This document shows positions 32,899 through 42,180 of a DNA stretch of 64,000 bases, piece by piece (the first letter of the stretch is position 1; each line of letters starts with the position of its first letter). Source of the DNA: Promethearchaeota archaeon (GTDB taxonomy: Archaea > Asgardarchaeota > Lokiarchaeia > Sigyniarchaeales > SOKP01); assembly GCA_016840085.1 (NCBI GenBank), contig JAEOTA010000022.1, positions 75,211 through 139,210 of the forward strand. Direction: 5' to 3'. The notes beneath the pieces were generated by a model. The model ran no database searches. It worked only from the letters and a program-made list of their open reading frames with translations, and was not told the DNA's origin. The translations under genes were made by a program, and so were the position numbers.

Positions 32899-33933
32899 TT
32901 ATTTGTTAGGTAAATAACCCTTTAATTTTTGAGCTTTTTCAGAAAATTCCTTATAAAGAGAATCATCTCCTAATTCAAGACATAAATTAGAGATTTTCTC
33001 GAAATATTCAGCAGTTTGAGCAATATTACCATTTTCTAAACAAACTCTAGCTTTGTTGATTAATTGTTCTCTTTCAAATAACGGTTGTAATAATGGAGAT
33101 GTGTCAGTACTTATTTCTAAGATATCTGCGATTATTTGGATCATTTTATCACGATTTTCAGGATCAATTGCTACCATTGAATAAGTCTTCAAACCAAGAA
33201 TTTCTTGTATTTTATCAATACTTAAAACCTCATGTAAATCTTGTTTATTCCCTATTACTGCAGTATGTGCATAAGGCGCATGTTCTTTTACTAATTCAAT
33301 AAAAAATTTACTTTTTTCTACATTTTCTAAGGAGGAATCCGTAATTATAAGAACTGCATCACTGCCAAGAATGAAATCATTCCATAAATAGCTGAATTGT
33401 TCTTGTCCTGCGAAATCCCATAAGTGAAAATATAATTTTCCTATTTTTACTGTTGAGATCTTTCCTGTAATGGTAGGTATATGAACAGAAGGGATCTCAT
33501 TTAAGCATATTAATTTTGTAGTCGTCGTTTTTCCTACTCCTGAAAAGCCAACCAATGAAATTTTAGTTTTAAGATTTCTATGAGTTGTATCTATTATCGG
33601 ATCCAATATCTCCATGAGAGCTGGATCCAAATTTTCGACTTCAATTCCGAATGTATCCAAAAATTCTCTCTTTAAACTTTCCAATTGTCTTTTAGTCCGT
33701 TCGCTATCATCATTGATATCAGTTATATATATAAATGTTAATCCGGTATCCTTCAACTGGGTATAAACAATTTTGAATTTAAAGAAATCATATCTATCAA
33801 GGCTAGTTCCCTTATCGGCTTCTTCTAAGATTTCTTGATATAATTTTTGAAAATCTTCAATAGAAAGTGCTCTCCCAAAATTCTTGTTATATAAGACTTT
33901 CTCATCTTTTAATATATACACTTGCCTCAACAT
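32899..33933 (-). CDS. Longin-domain-fused small GTPase with C-terminal helical (TPR-like) region
   Basis: G1 GFSGVGKTT, G2 PTI, G3 WDFAGQ, G4 NKQD; ~120-aa longin-like N-terminus. Confidence 0.88.
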   Translation of the reverse strand: MLRQVYILKDEKVLYNKNFGRALSIEDFQKLYQEILEEADKGTSLDRYDFFKFKIVYTQLKDTGLTFIYITDINDDSERTKRQLESLKREFLDTFGIEVENLDPALMEILDPIIDTTHRNLKTKISLVGFSGVGKTTTTKLICLNEIPSVHIPTITGKISTVKIGKLYFHLWDFAGQEQFSYLWNDFILGSDAVLIITDSSLENVEKSKFFIELVKEHAPYAHTAVIGNKQDLHEVLSIDKIQEILGLKTYSMVAIDPENRDKMIQIIADILEISTDTSPLLQPLFEREQLINKARVCLENGNIAQTAEYFEKISNLCLELGDDSLYKEFSEKAQKLKGYLPNK

Positions 33934-34365
33934 AATTAATAACCTTAACGTTTTAAGATGCTTAACCCTAACTAACTAACATTTCCTAATCTTAAAAAAA
34001 AAAAATTTGTTTTTATTCTTTGATCCTTCAATCTAAATCAATATATTTAAATTTTTAGAAACGAAAATATTCAAAATATTGAAATAATTTTATGATACAT
34101 AATTTTCAAAAAGTTAGAGTTTAAAAAAAATACAAAAGATATTAATATGATAATCGAATAATAAATATCTTTTTTCAATCTCATTGTTTTATATTTGTAA
34201 TCTTTTAGTAAATATTTTTATTTACACACTTTATTATTTTTATACATTTTTTAAAAATAAATCATTAAGAAAAAGTTATATACCAAAAATGGGATCTATA
34301 AATTAAAAAAATCTAATTTTTGGTATTTAAAAAAAAATAATTTAGTTATAAAAAAGGTATTTAAT

Positions 34366-37300
34366 ATGATAACTAAAATGCAAAACAAGAAAAAAAACCT
34401 GAAAATAGCAATGCTTTCATTGATACTTACCGTTAGCTCTTTTCTTTCTATTTTACCAGTATTTAACATTAACTCGGAGAATCTTAGTGAATTCGAAAGT
34501 GAACATAAAATGGTTGAAGTAGAACCACTGTCTTTGAGTACCTTAGGTGATGATCAATGGTGGAATAAATCGTTTACTTATAGAAAATTAATTAATATAA
34601 CAAATCCTTACGATAAAGCTTTTACCAATTTCATAGTAAATGTTACATTTAATTATACATATTTAGTAAGTCAAGGAAATATGAATCAAAGTTTAAAAGA
34701 CATTAGAATCATAGAAAATGGTGAGTTAAGGAATTATTACATTGAAACAGATTTCCCCAAAAAAGATCTTGCCACTGTTTGGTTTGAAACTGATATATCT
34801 GCTGGTCCAGATTATTTGGACCAAGACACCTACATGTATTATGGTAATAATAATGTTAGTTTCGCCTCTAATTACTTAATGGACAGCAATCCTGATGGTT
34901 TAATTTGGTATAAATTTGAGGAAGTCATTAGTAATGAAGTAGTAGATTCAATGAAAAATTATAATGCAACTGTAAATGGGGCTGTGCAATCTGCTGATAG
35001 CGCTCTTGGAAGCTATGCACTTAGTTTTGATGGAAGTAACGATTATTTAGCAATACAGGAAAAATATTACTCGGAGAAAAATGAAATTCCTGAATTGACC
35101 GTATGTGTTTGGTTTAAGACAAGTCAATCTGGTGGTTCTTATAGTAGTAATTGGGCTTTTTTTGATTTTGACAGATCAGAAAACTTCAATTTTTATATCC
35201 GCCCTAATGGTGGAACGTTAGGTTTTTCATCAATTGCTGAAGGTTGGGATGAAACAACAAATCAATGGGAGTATGATACTACTGATGATAATTATGATGA
35301 TTTTTATGGCTCAACGACAGGTTTAAATGATGGTTTAAATTGGCATTTTGGCTGTGCACTTTATGATGGTTTAAATAAAGTTTTATATACTGATGATGGT
35401 GTTGAAGATGCGAGAAATGATTATGCTCACAGTGGATATGCTATAGGTCGTGGTCGTTATGACCGTTATGGAATTATAGGTGATGGTTCTGAAGCAACTT
35501 CAGAAGGAACTCCAAGAAATAATATTTATTATAACGGTTTACTTGATGAAATTAGATATTTTGAAGAATCACTCTCACCTAAAAGGATAGAATGGCTTGC
35601 TAAAAAATTTGTAAAATTAGATACAAATTTGAATGAAGAACAAGAAAAGAAAGCTACCATAACGATAATAGCAAAAGATATTGATGGAAGAGTTGTTCCA
35701 GGATTAGAAATTCTTATGTTCAATAAGACACAAGAAAGTTATAATGATACTACTGGACAACTAGGCTACGTAGAATTTCCAGATGTAAATCGTTCATTGT
35801 ATTCTATTATTGCAAATTATTCAATTACAAATGGAACCCATACATTCGAAAAAGTTGTGTTTAATAGTAGTACCCATAATATTGTTTATGATTTTACTGG
35901 TGGAGATGTTTTTACTGTTTATATCAATGTAAGTTTGTGGAGTATTGATTTTGAAATCGAAGATTGGAATAAGGAACCAATGGGATATGGGTATGTATTA
36001 GTTTACAATAAATCTGATTATACTGATCTAATAGCTAATCTTACGCTAAATAAGGAATTGGGAACTACGACGTTCAGATGGATCAATACATCAAATGACG
36101 CAGCGTATTATTATAAAGTGTATTACAATAATGAGGATTATGACAAACCACGTCCTCTTTTAAAAACAGGTACTGTAGACCGTGCTACATATTTAACAAA
36201 CAAGTTAAACAACATCCCGGTTATAGAAGTAAATAAAACTAATAAACATGAAATTCAACAAAAATATCTTGTAGAAGAAAAAGTTTATGCAACTGGTTCA
36301 AATGAAACCCATATTGGAAATACAAAAATCATTAACACTACTATTGTTATGAGCAATATGGTTGAAACATTAGATGAGATATCTATATATTATATTGATG
36401 TTAATAATACCGTCTCATCAGATCCTATATTTAGCCAAACATATACTTCTCAAACCGATGAGACAATTAACCTTAATGTGACAGAATCTGCTGAAGCTTA
36501 TGGTCTTTTAATTTATGTAGAAGGTACAAACACATCTGTTGTTTGTCATGGAACTATTGATATTTATTATAGTGAAACTTGTAATCAATATGTACAAGTC
36601 AACATGTCCAAATTGATAATTAAAGTATACGATACAGATGGTATATGGAAATCAGAGTATGGAAGTGTTCGAGTTAAAGTAATTAACGGTACTTCTGGTG
36701 ATGACATTATCACTTTAATTACTAACGATCAAGGCATAGCGAAAGGAGATGTAAATTCTGACCTAGATTTCTGGTATATTAGGAATACATTATATAATTT
36801 TACTTTAGAATATGGTGGAGCCGCCAGAGAATTTAATGTATCTTCTGATCAATATACAACTCCCCTTACAGTATGGTTAGACCACTTTAATTATACCTTA
36901 TACAAAAATGCTACTATCGAATTCAGAATTCGAACTAGCATAGCTGATTTTGCAACTAAGTTCGATAGAATTTATTGGGATCCTAGTAACGAATGGGGTC
37001 AAGATTTTACTTTTAGAGTTCAATTTATGAGCACCGACAATTTTACTGATCCTATTCCTTTATGGAAACCAGTTATTTTCGCTGATTTCGTAGATTGGGA
37101 AATTACCGATCTGCTTGGCGATCTTTCGTTTGATAGTGGACCAATGAATCCTGAATTAGATGGATATTTCAACTATACCATAAATTCAGGATTTTTAATT
37201 GGAGGTGAACAATATTATTTCAAAATTTATGGTGAAAAAAAGGGATATCAAAATCCAGCACCTATTCAGCTTCTTTTTGAAGTCACTGGAAAAAGTACGA

Positions 37301-38634
37301 GTATAGATGTATATGATACTAGTGATCTCACAAACTTAGGTAATAATGTTACTCAATATTATGGTGAAACACTTGATTTAACTATTTTTTATAGTTCAGG
37401 TGGTACATTATTAGAAGGAGCAATAGTTTCTTATGAATGGCAGTTCGTTGATAATCCAATTGTCATAAATGAAAATCCACCAGGCTATTACTCATTTATA
37501 ATTAATACATCTATTGCTGATGTTGGTACATATCAAATTAGAATAAATGCTGAACTACAGAACTATTCTTCTTTCCAAAACTATAGATTTGATGTTACAA
37601 TTATTCATAGACCTACTTCTCTTAATGGAGACACATCACTACATCATATATCAAAAATAATATGGGTTAGACAAGCTTATAACTTCACCTTTGAATACAA
37701 GGATATCTTATCTGATCCTCATATAAGCCTAACTGATTTAGATGAAGTTTATTATCAATGGTATGAAGTATCAGCTAATGGAACAATTATTGGTGGTATA
37801 AGCGAAAAAATTGATTTAATAGAAGGTCCAAACTCCATATATATATTAGATTTCGGAACCGCTTTGAGAGAAGTTGGAGATTATGCAATTTTTGTCACCT
37901 TACAAAAGAATAACTATGAAGTAAGAACCGCATTGATAGATCTAACAATTAAAAAGAGAATTATAACTTGGGATCTAACAGCTACTAATCTAGTTCAAAG
38001 TCAGATAAAAATCATCCAAGGTGAAGAAGTTTATATTGAACTTACATTAACGGATTTATCAGATCCAACGGATCCACAGCCAATTACGGGTGCTATTGTT
38101 GTATTAAGATTCGGATCATTAGAATATGAATTAACCGAAACTGAAAATGGTACTTATACTTATACATTTACAACAGGGAATATTAATACTTTCATCGCAG
38201 CGCGAGTTTTTACTGGAGAGATTAGTATAACAAGGGAGGATTATATTTCTGAGTCAATCCCTCTCACAGTTATAGTTGGGATGACTGAAATCTTCCCAGG
38301 TATGCCTATGTTCTATTTTCTATTGATTGTAATTGGTATTGTAGCAGTGGTGGGTAGTTTAGTCACATACCGACTTGTTCAGCAAGCCAGGATTCCTACT
38401 TTCGTTAAAAAAGCAAGAAAGATGAAAAAAGAAATCAAAGGCAAAAAGGCGATATCAGAATCATTATTATACCCATCAAAAGAAGAGTATCTTATAAAGC
38501 AATTAGGTGACCATTGGGAAACACTAGGAGTATCTTTAAGAGACGTGTTAGGCGTCGAAATTAAGAAAAAGAAAACAATACCAGAAGTAAAAGAAGAAGT
38601 AAAATTCAAAGAACCTACGGGAGGTGAAGAATAA
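34366..38634 (+). CDS. Paralogous large single-pass surface protein: DUF2341-like plus LamG/concanavalin-like domain, Ig-like stalk, TM, cytoplasmic tail
   Basis: Same N-domain; LamG motifs WYKFEE, ALSFDGSNDY, TVCVWFK, WHF, GLLDEIRYF; EIFPGMP-TM-YRLVQQARIP. Confidence 0.82.
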   Translation: MITKMQNKKKNLKIAMLSLILTVSSFLSILPVFNINSENLSEFESEHKMVEVEPLSLSTLGDDQWWNKSFTYRKLINITNPYDKAFTNFIVNVTFNYTYLVSQGNMNQSLKDIRIIENGELRNYYIETDFPKKDLATVWFETDISAGPDYLDQDTYMYYGNNNVSFASNYLMDSNPDGLIWYKFEEVISNEVVDSMKNYNATVNGAVQSADSALGSYALSFDGSNDYLAIQEKYYSEKNEIPELTVCVWFKTSQSGGSYSSNWAFFDFDRSENFNFYIRPNGGTLGFSSIAEGWDETTNQWEYDTTDDNYDDFYGSTTGLNDGLNWHFGCALYDGLNKVLYTDDGVEDARNDYAHSGYAIGRGRYDRYGIIGDGSEATSEGTPRNNIYYNGLLDEIRYFEESLSPKRIEWLAKKFVKLDTNLNEEQEKKATITIIAKDIDGRVVPGLEILMFNKTQESYNDTTGQLGYVEFPDVNRSLYSIIANYSITNGTHTFEKVVFNSSTHNIVYDFTGGDVFTVYINVSLWSIDFEIEDWNKEPMGYGYVLVYNKSDYTDLIANLTLNKELGTTTFRWINTSNDAAYYYKVYYNNEDYDKPRPLLKTGTVDRATYLTNKLNNIPVIEVNKTNKHEIQQKYLVEEKVYATGSNETHIGNTKIINTTIVMSNMVETLDEISIYYIDVNNTVSSDPIFSQTYTSQTDETINLNVTESAEAYGLLIYVEGTNTSVVCHGTIDIYYSETCNQYVQVNMSKLIIKVYDTDGIWKSEYGSVRVKVINGTSGDDIITLITNDQGIAKGDVNSDLDFWYIRNTLYNFTLEYGGAAREFNVSSDQYTTPLTVWLDHFNYTLYKNATIEFRIRTSIADFATKFDRIYWDPSNEWGQDFTFRVQFMSTDNFTDPIPLWKPVIFADFVDWEITDLLGDLSFDSGPMNPELDGYFNYTINSGFLIGGEQYYFKIYGEKKGYQNPAPIQLLFEVTGKSTSIDVYDTSDLTNLGNNVTQYYGETLDLTIFYSSGGTLLEGAIVSYEWQFVDNPIVINENPPGYYSFIINTSIADVGTYQIRINAELQNYSSFQNYRFDVTIIHRPTSLNGDTSLHHISKIIWVRQAYNFTFEYKDILSDPHISLTDLDEVYYQWYEVSANGTIIGGISEKIDLIEGPNSIYILDFGTALREVGDYAIFVTLQKNNYEVRTALIDLTIKKRIITWDLTATNLVQSQIKIIQGEEVYIELTLTDLSDPTDPQPITGAIVVLRFGSLEYELTETENGTYTYTFTTGNINTFIAARVFTGEISITREDYISESIPLTVIVGMTEIFPGMPMFYFLLIVIGIVAVVGSLVTYRLVQQARIPTFVKKARKMKKEIKGKKAISESLLYPSKEEYLIKQLGDHWETLGVSLRDVLGVEIKKKKTIPEVKEEVKFKEPTGGEE

Positions 38635-39749
38635 TGCCTGTTGGATTAGTTTTAATGAAATGGGACGATAGAGCAGGAACTGAGGTTTTATCTAAGTATC
38701 CTGAAGAGATTGTTCTAACTGAAAAAACGCTCATGCAGGTATATAGTACTCATGAATACAGTGGAGAATCGGGGATGATAAGCCTAATGATTGGTTCCCT
38801 TAACATTGCTTCCTACTACACTGGCCCTGAACAAAATTTTTACATTCTTTTACTGTTAAATCTAGATGATGACCCAGATGCATATGAAGAAGGATTAATT
38901 GATATTTCAAGGATTATCTTACAGAATTTGGAGGATAATGCGTATTTAAAGATGATCCCTTCATTATTTCGACGATTATCAGTATATCCTACTCTTAATA
39001 CTGAACAACGACTTGGGATTACCTACCAAGATGAAATAAAACGGATGATAATTAACCGTTTAAGAGATGAGGGTGTAGTTTCTAAGTCAGAATTGATGAT
39101 TTGGTTAAAAGACAGATATAAACAAGGTTTTGTTGATATTGATGGAGTTTTAATGGAACTGATTAAGCGAGAGATAATAAAAGAAGCCTCCGTAAAAGGT
39201 ATGCCCTCAGAATTAATTTTTCTAGTAAAAGATGTTTTGATTTTGAGAGTACCTCCCGTAAAAATCCTCACTGATCCTTCTGCCCAAGGGTTACCCTCTC
39301 AATTTGTAGAGAACTATAGAACTGATGTTAAACGATACTTCCAGACTTATCGTCCAACTGAAGGGGATAATTTGAGAGTAATAGATGTTCTTAGCAATCC
39401 TCAAGTGTATGAAACCTTACGTTTACTTAGAACTGCAGTTGTTACAAAAAATGAACTTGAAAAACTTAGAAAGAAAGGAGTCGAAGATCTTGATGGTGTA
39501 CTTAAAATGTTATGGGATACACAATTAATTCAGGTATACAGAGATGAGCGAAATATCGAATATTATGCACTTCTTTCAGACTTTTATTTAGATATTATCT
39601 TTCCAAAATATCTATTAAACATTATAAAAACAGTGTATGACCAGAAATCTAAAGCTGATCAGGTTTTAATGGAATATCTTACTGTACTTGAAAATTCATA
39701 CCACGACATAAGAGCCGCTAAAAAAGAAGCAGCGAAAGCTGAAGAATAA
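38634..39749 (+). CDS. Paralogue of the 31718-32830 longin/winged-helix protein
   Basis: TAATG coupling; long shared blocks (LNIASYYTG, IINRLRDEGV, KEASVKGMPSELIFL, PQVYE). Confidence 0.65.
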   Translation: MPVGLVLMKWDDRAGTEVLSKYPEEIVLTEKTLMQVYSTHEYSGESGMISLMIGSLNIASYYTGPEQNFYILLLLNLDDDPDAYEEGLIDISRIILQNLEDNAYLKMIPSLFRRLSVYPTLNTEQRLGITYQDEIKRMIINRLRDEGVVSKSELMIWLKDRYKQGFVDIDGVLMELIKREIIKEASVKGMPSELIFLVKDVLILRVPPVKILTDPSAQGLPSQFVENYRTDVKRYFQTYRPTEGDNLRVIDVLSNPQVYETLRLLRTAVVTKNELEKLRKKGVEDLDGVLKMLWDTQLIQVYRDERNIEYYALLSDFYLDIIFPKYLLNIIKTVYDQKSKADQVLMEYLTVLENSYHDIRAAKKEAAKAEE

Positions 39750-39868
39750 AAATATTATAATTTTTTTCCTTTTTTTTTGTTTTACCTTTTCTAATTCTAT
39801 CATAAAATTTTTGAATTCATTTCCATTACTCTATATTAATATAATCAAAAATAATTTGTGAAATTAAT

Positions 39869-41203
39869 ATGGATAAAATTTTTGAAAGCTGTGAACAATA
39901 TTTAGATACTCCAGAGGCAATAGGCTTAGATGGGATTGATTTAGAGAAATACGTTATTGCAAGTTATATAATAAAACGACCAAGAGGTATGAATGTTAAC
40001 TATTTAGCTCGTTTTGCTGCGATTGAACAGTCAACTGGAACTTGGATAAGAGTACCCGCAGAGACTGCTGAAGTAAGAAAACACCATGTAGCACGAGTTC
40101 TAGGTGTCTATGAACTTCCTCATTATGAGTATGTTTTACCCTCTAAAGCTGAAAAACCAGATAGATTATATTTCGTACAGATTGGATTTCCTGTTGTAAA
40201 TATTAAGAATCTAGGCATCCCAATGTTGTTCACTACCGTAATCGGAAATATTTCCATTACACATGGTTTAAAGTTAGTAGATTTAGCATTTCCTAAAGCT
40301 TGGTTAGAAGATTTCAAAGGACCTAAGTTTGGAATAGATGGAATAAGAAAACTCATGAACATTCCTGAAAGACCTCTTTTAAATAATATGGTGAAACCTT
40401 GTACTGGACACACCGCAGATGTCGCAGCAGATTTAGTTTATAAAGCTGCAGTTGGAGGTTGTGATGTGGTAAAGGATGATGAATTGATTTCTAATCCTTC
40501 TTTTAATACTTTAGAAGAAAGAATAGTAAAAGTTATGGAAGCGGTAGACCGCGCTGATTCAGAGAAGGGAGAAAAAACATTATATACCATCAATATAACT
40601 ACTAAATTCCCAGAAATGTTTGATTACGCCGATAAAATGATAGAATTAGGAGCAAATGCGTTAATGATAAATTACTTGGCTACTGGTTATGAGGCATTAA
40701 GACAAATTGCGGAAGATCCTTCAATTAAAGTACCAATTCTTGGACATATGGATTTTGGGGGTGCTTATTTTGGCGGAGAATGGACAGGAATGACAAGTAT
40801 GTTGACATTTGCGAAATTACCAAGAATATGCGGAGCAGATTCGGTAGTAATTCCTGCACCTTATGGAAAAGCTGAGATTTTAGAGGAGAGATATGAACAA
40901 AATCTTAAAGCATTAAGATTTCCATTACAACACATAAAACCTACTCTACCTATGCCATCTGGAGGTATCACTCCAGGAATGGTTGAAAAATGTATAAAAG
41001 AAGCGGGAACAGATATCTTAATCGGAAGTGGTGGGGGAATTCATAGTCATCCTGATGGTCCAATTTCCGGTGCTAAAGCATTCAGACAAGCAATAGATGC
41101 GGTATTGCAAGGAAAGAAAATAAAGGAAGTTGCTAAAGAGAAAAAGGAATTAGGTATAGCTTTAGGAGTATGGGGGACTGGGAAAACAGCCTTAGTTGAA
41201 TAA
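39869..41203 (+). CDS. RuBisCO-like protein (form IV)
   Basis: EQSTGTW, GPKFG, KP-C (K177 replaced), GCDVVKDDE, GH-M (R295 replaced), PSGG, GGGIHSHPDG. Confidence 0.88.
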   Translation: MDKIFESCEQYLDTPEAIGLDGIDLEKYVIASYIIKRPRGMNVNYLARFAAIEQSTGTWIRVPAETAEVRKHHVARVLGVYELPHYEYVLPSKAEKPDRLYFVQIGFPVVNIKNLGIPMLFTTVIGNISITHGLKLVDLAFPKAWLEDFKGPKFGIDGIRKLMNIPERPLLNNMVKPCTGHTADVAADLVYKAAVGGCDVVKDDELISNPSFNTLEERIVKVMEAVDRADSEKGEKTLYTINITTKFPEMFDYADKMIELGANALMINYLATGYEALRQIAEDPSIKVPILGHMDFGGAYFGGEWTGMTSMLTFAKLPRICGADSVVIPAPYGKAEILEERYEQNLKALRFPLQHIKPTLPMPSGGITPGMVEKCIKEAGTDILIGSGGGIHSHPDGPISGAKAFRQAIDAVLQGKKIKEVAKEKKELGIALGVWGTGKTALVE

Positions 41204-41216
41204 ATTTTTTTTTCTT

Positions 41217-42179
41217 TTATTTTAATAATAGATAATCATTTAAAAGAACCCTAATATTTTGATTAAAATCATTTAGATTAATTTTTTTAGCAATATCGTT
41301 ATAACGCAAATCTAAATACTCAAGGTTCGTTAGCTTTTTTATATATTCGATGTTCTCTAATTCGCTAATTTTATTATTAGTTAAGATTAGATGGGTTAAT
41401 TTTTCCAAATTAACTAAGTCTTTTATATTTTCAATTTGGTTATTTGAAAGATCAATTTTTGTAAGATTGTGTAAATACTTTAAACCAATCACTTCTGATA
41501 ATGATTTTATATCATTTTTCCATCCCCAAGGAGTTCCTTTTACATCGTATTCAAGAAAATCTGACAAATCTAATTCTTTTACTAATCCATTTTGAGAATC
41601 TAATTCATAAAAGGCGTTAGGAAACAGTTTAGTTAAATGTTTAACAATAAAAAAATTAATTAAAATTTCAGACAATTCCTCATTGGTAAAATATTCGAAT
41701 TTCTTTATTTTTAACAATTTCTTAATAACTTTTTTAAATCTTTTATTCTCAATTCTTCTTTCTTTATTTATGTATTTGATTTTTGTAATCTTCTTTACTT
41801 CATTAAATAGAATCAATTTAGATTCATGATTATTAATTTTCTTCAAAATGTTGATTATTGTAATTAAACAGGTAAAATCAGACTCATGGGTAATAACCCA
41901 TTTCAAAGGCGTTAACGCCTTATTTAAGAATCTTTTTTCTATGAATTTTGCAGCAATATTTCTTATGTTTTTATTTGAATCAGATATGAGTATATTCTCT
42001 AAAATCGTAAAGAGTTTATTATTATATATGCCAATTTTATCTAGAATTATGATAGCATCTATTCTAAGATTCTCATTTTCACTGTTTTCTATAAAAGAGA
42101 TTAAATGTTCATAAGCAGTGAACTTATTTATATTCTTATTTGTAAAAAGTTCAAAAATCTTATCTGGAGTTAAATTCAT
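41217..42179 (-). CDS. HEAT-like N-domain plus short leucine-rich-repeat protein
   Basis: LENILISDSNKNIRNIAA; LxxLDLSNNQI repeats. Confidence 0.85.
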   Translation of the reverse strand: MNLTPDKIFELFTNKNINKFTAYEHLISFIENSENENLRIDAIIILDKIGIYNNKLFTILENILISDSNKNIRNIAAKFIEKRFLNKALTPLKWVITHESDFTCLITIINILKKINNHESKLILFNEVKKITKIKYINKERRIENKRFKKVIKKLLKIKKFEYFTNEELSEILINFFIVKHLTKLFPNAFYELDSQNGLVKELDLSDFLEYDVKGTPWGWKNDIKSLSEVIGLKYLHNLTKIDLSNNQIENIKDLVNLEKLTHLILTNNKISELENIEYIKKLTNLEYLDLRYNDIAKKINLNDFNQNIRVLLNDYLLLK

Positions 42180-42180
42180 T

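Noticed and set aside
39869-41203. Form III RuBisCO completing the AMP phosphorylase pathway
   Set aside because: K177 and R295 equivalents are substituted, it is more than 20 kb from the AMP phosphorylase gene, and no ribose-1,5-bisphosphate isomerase is in the window
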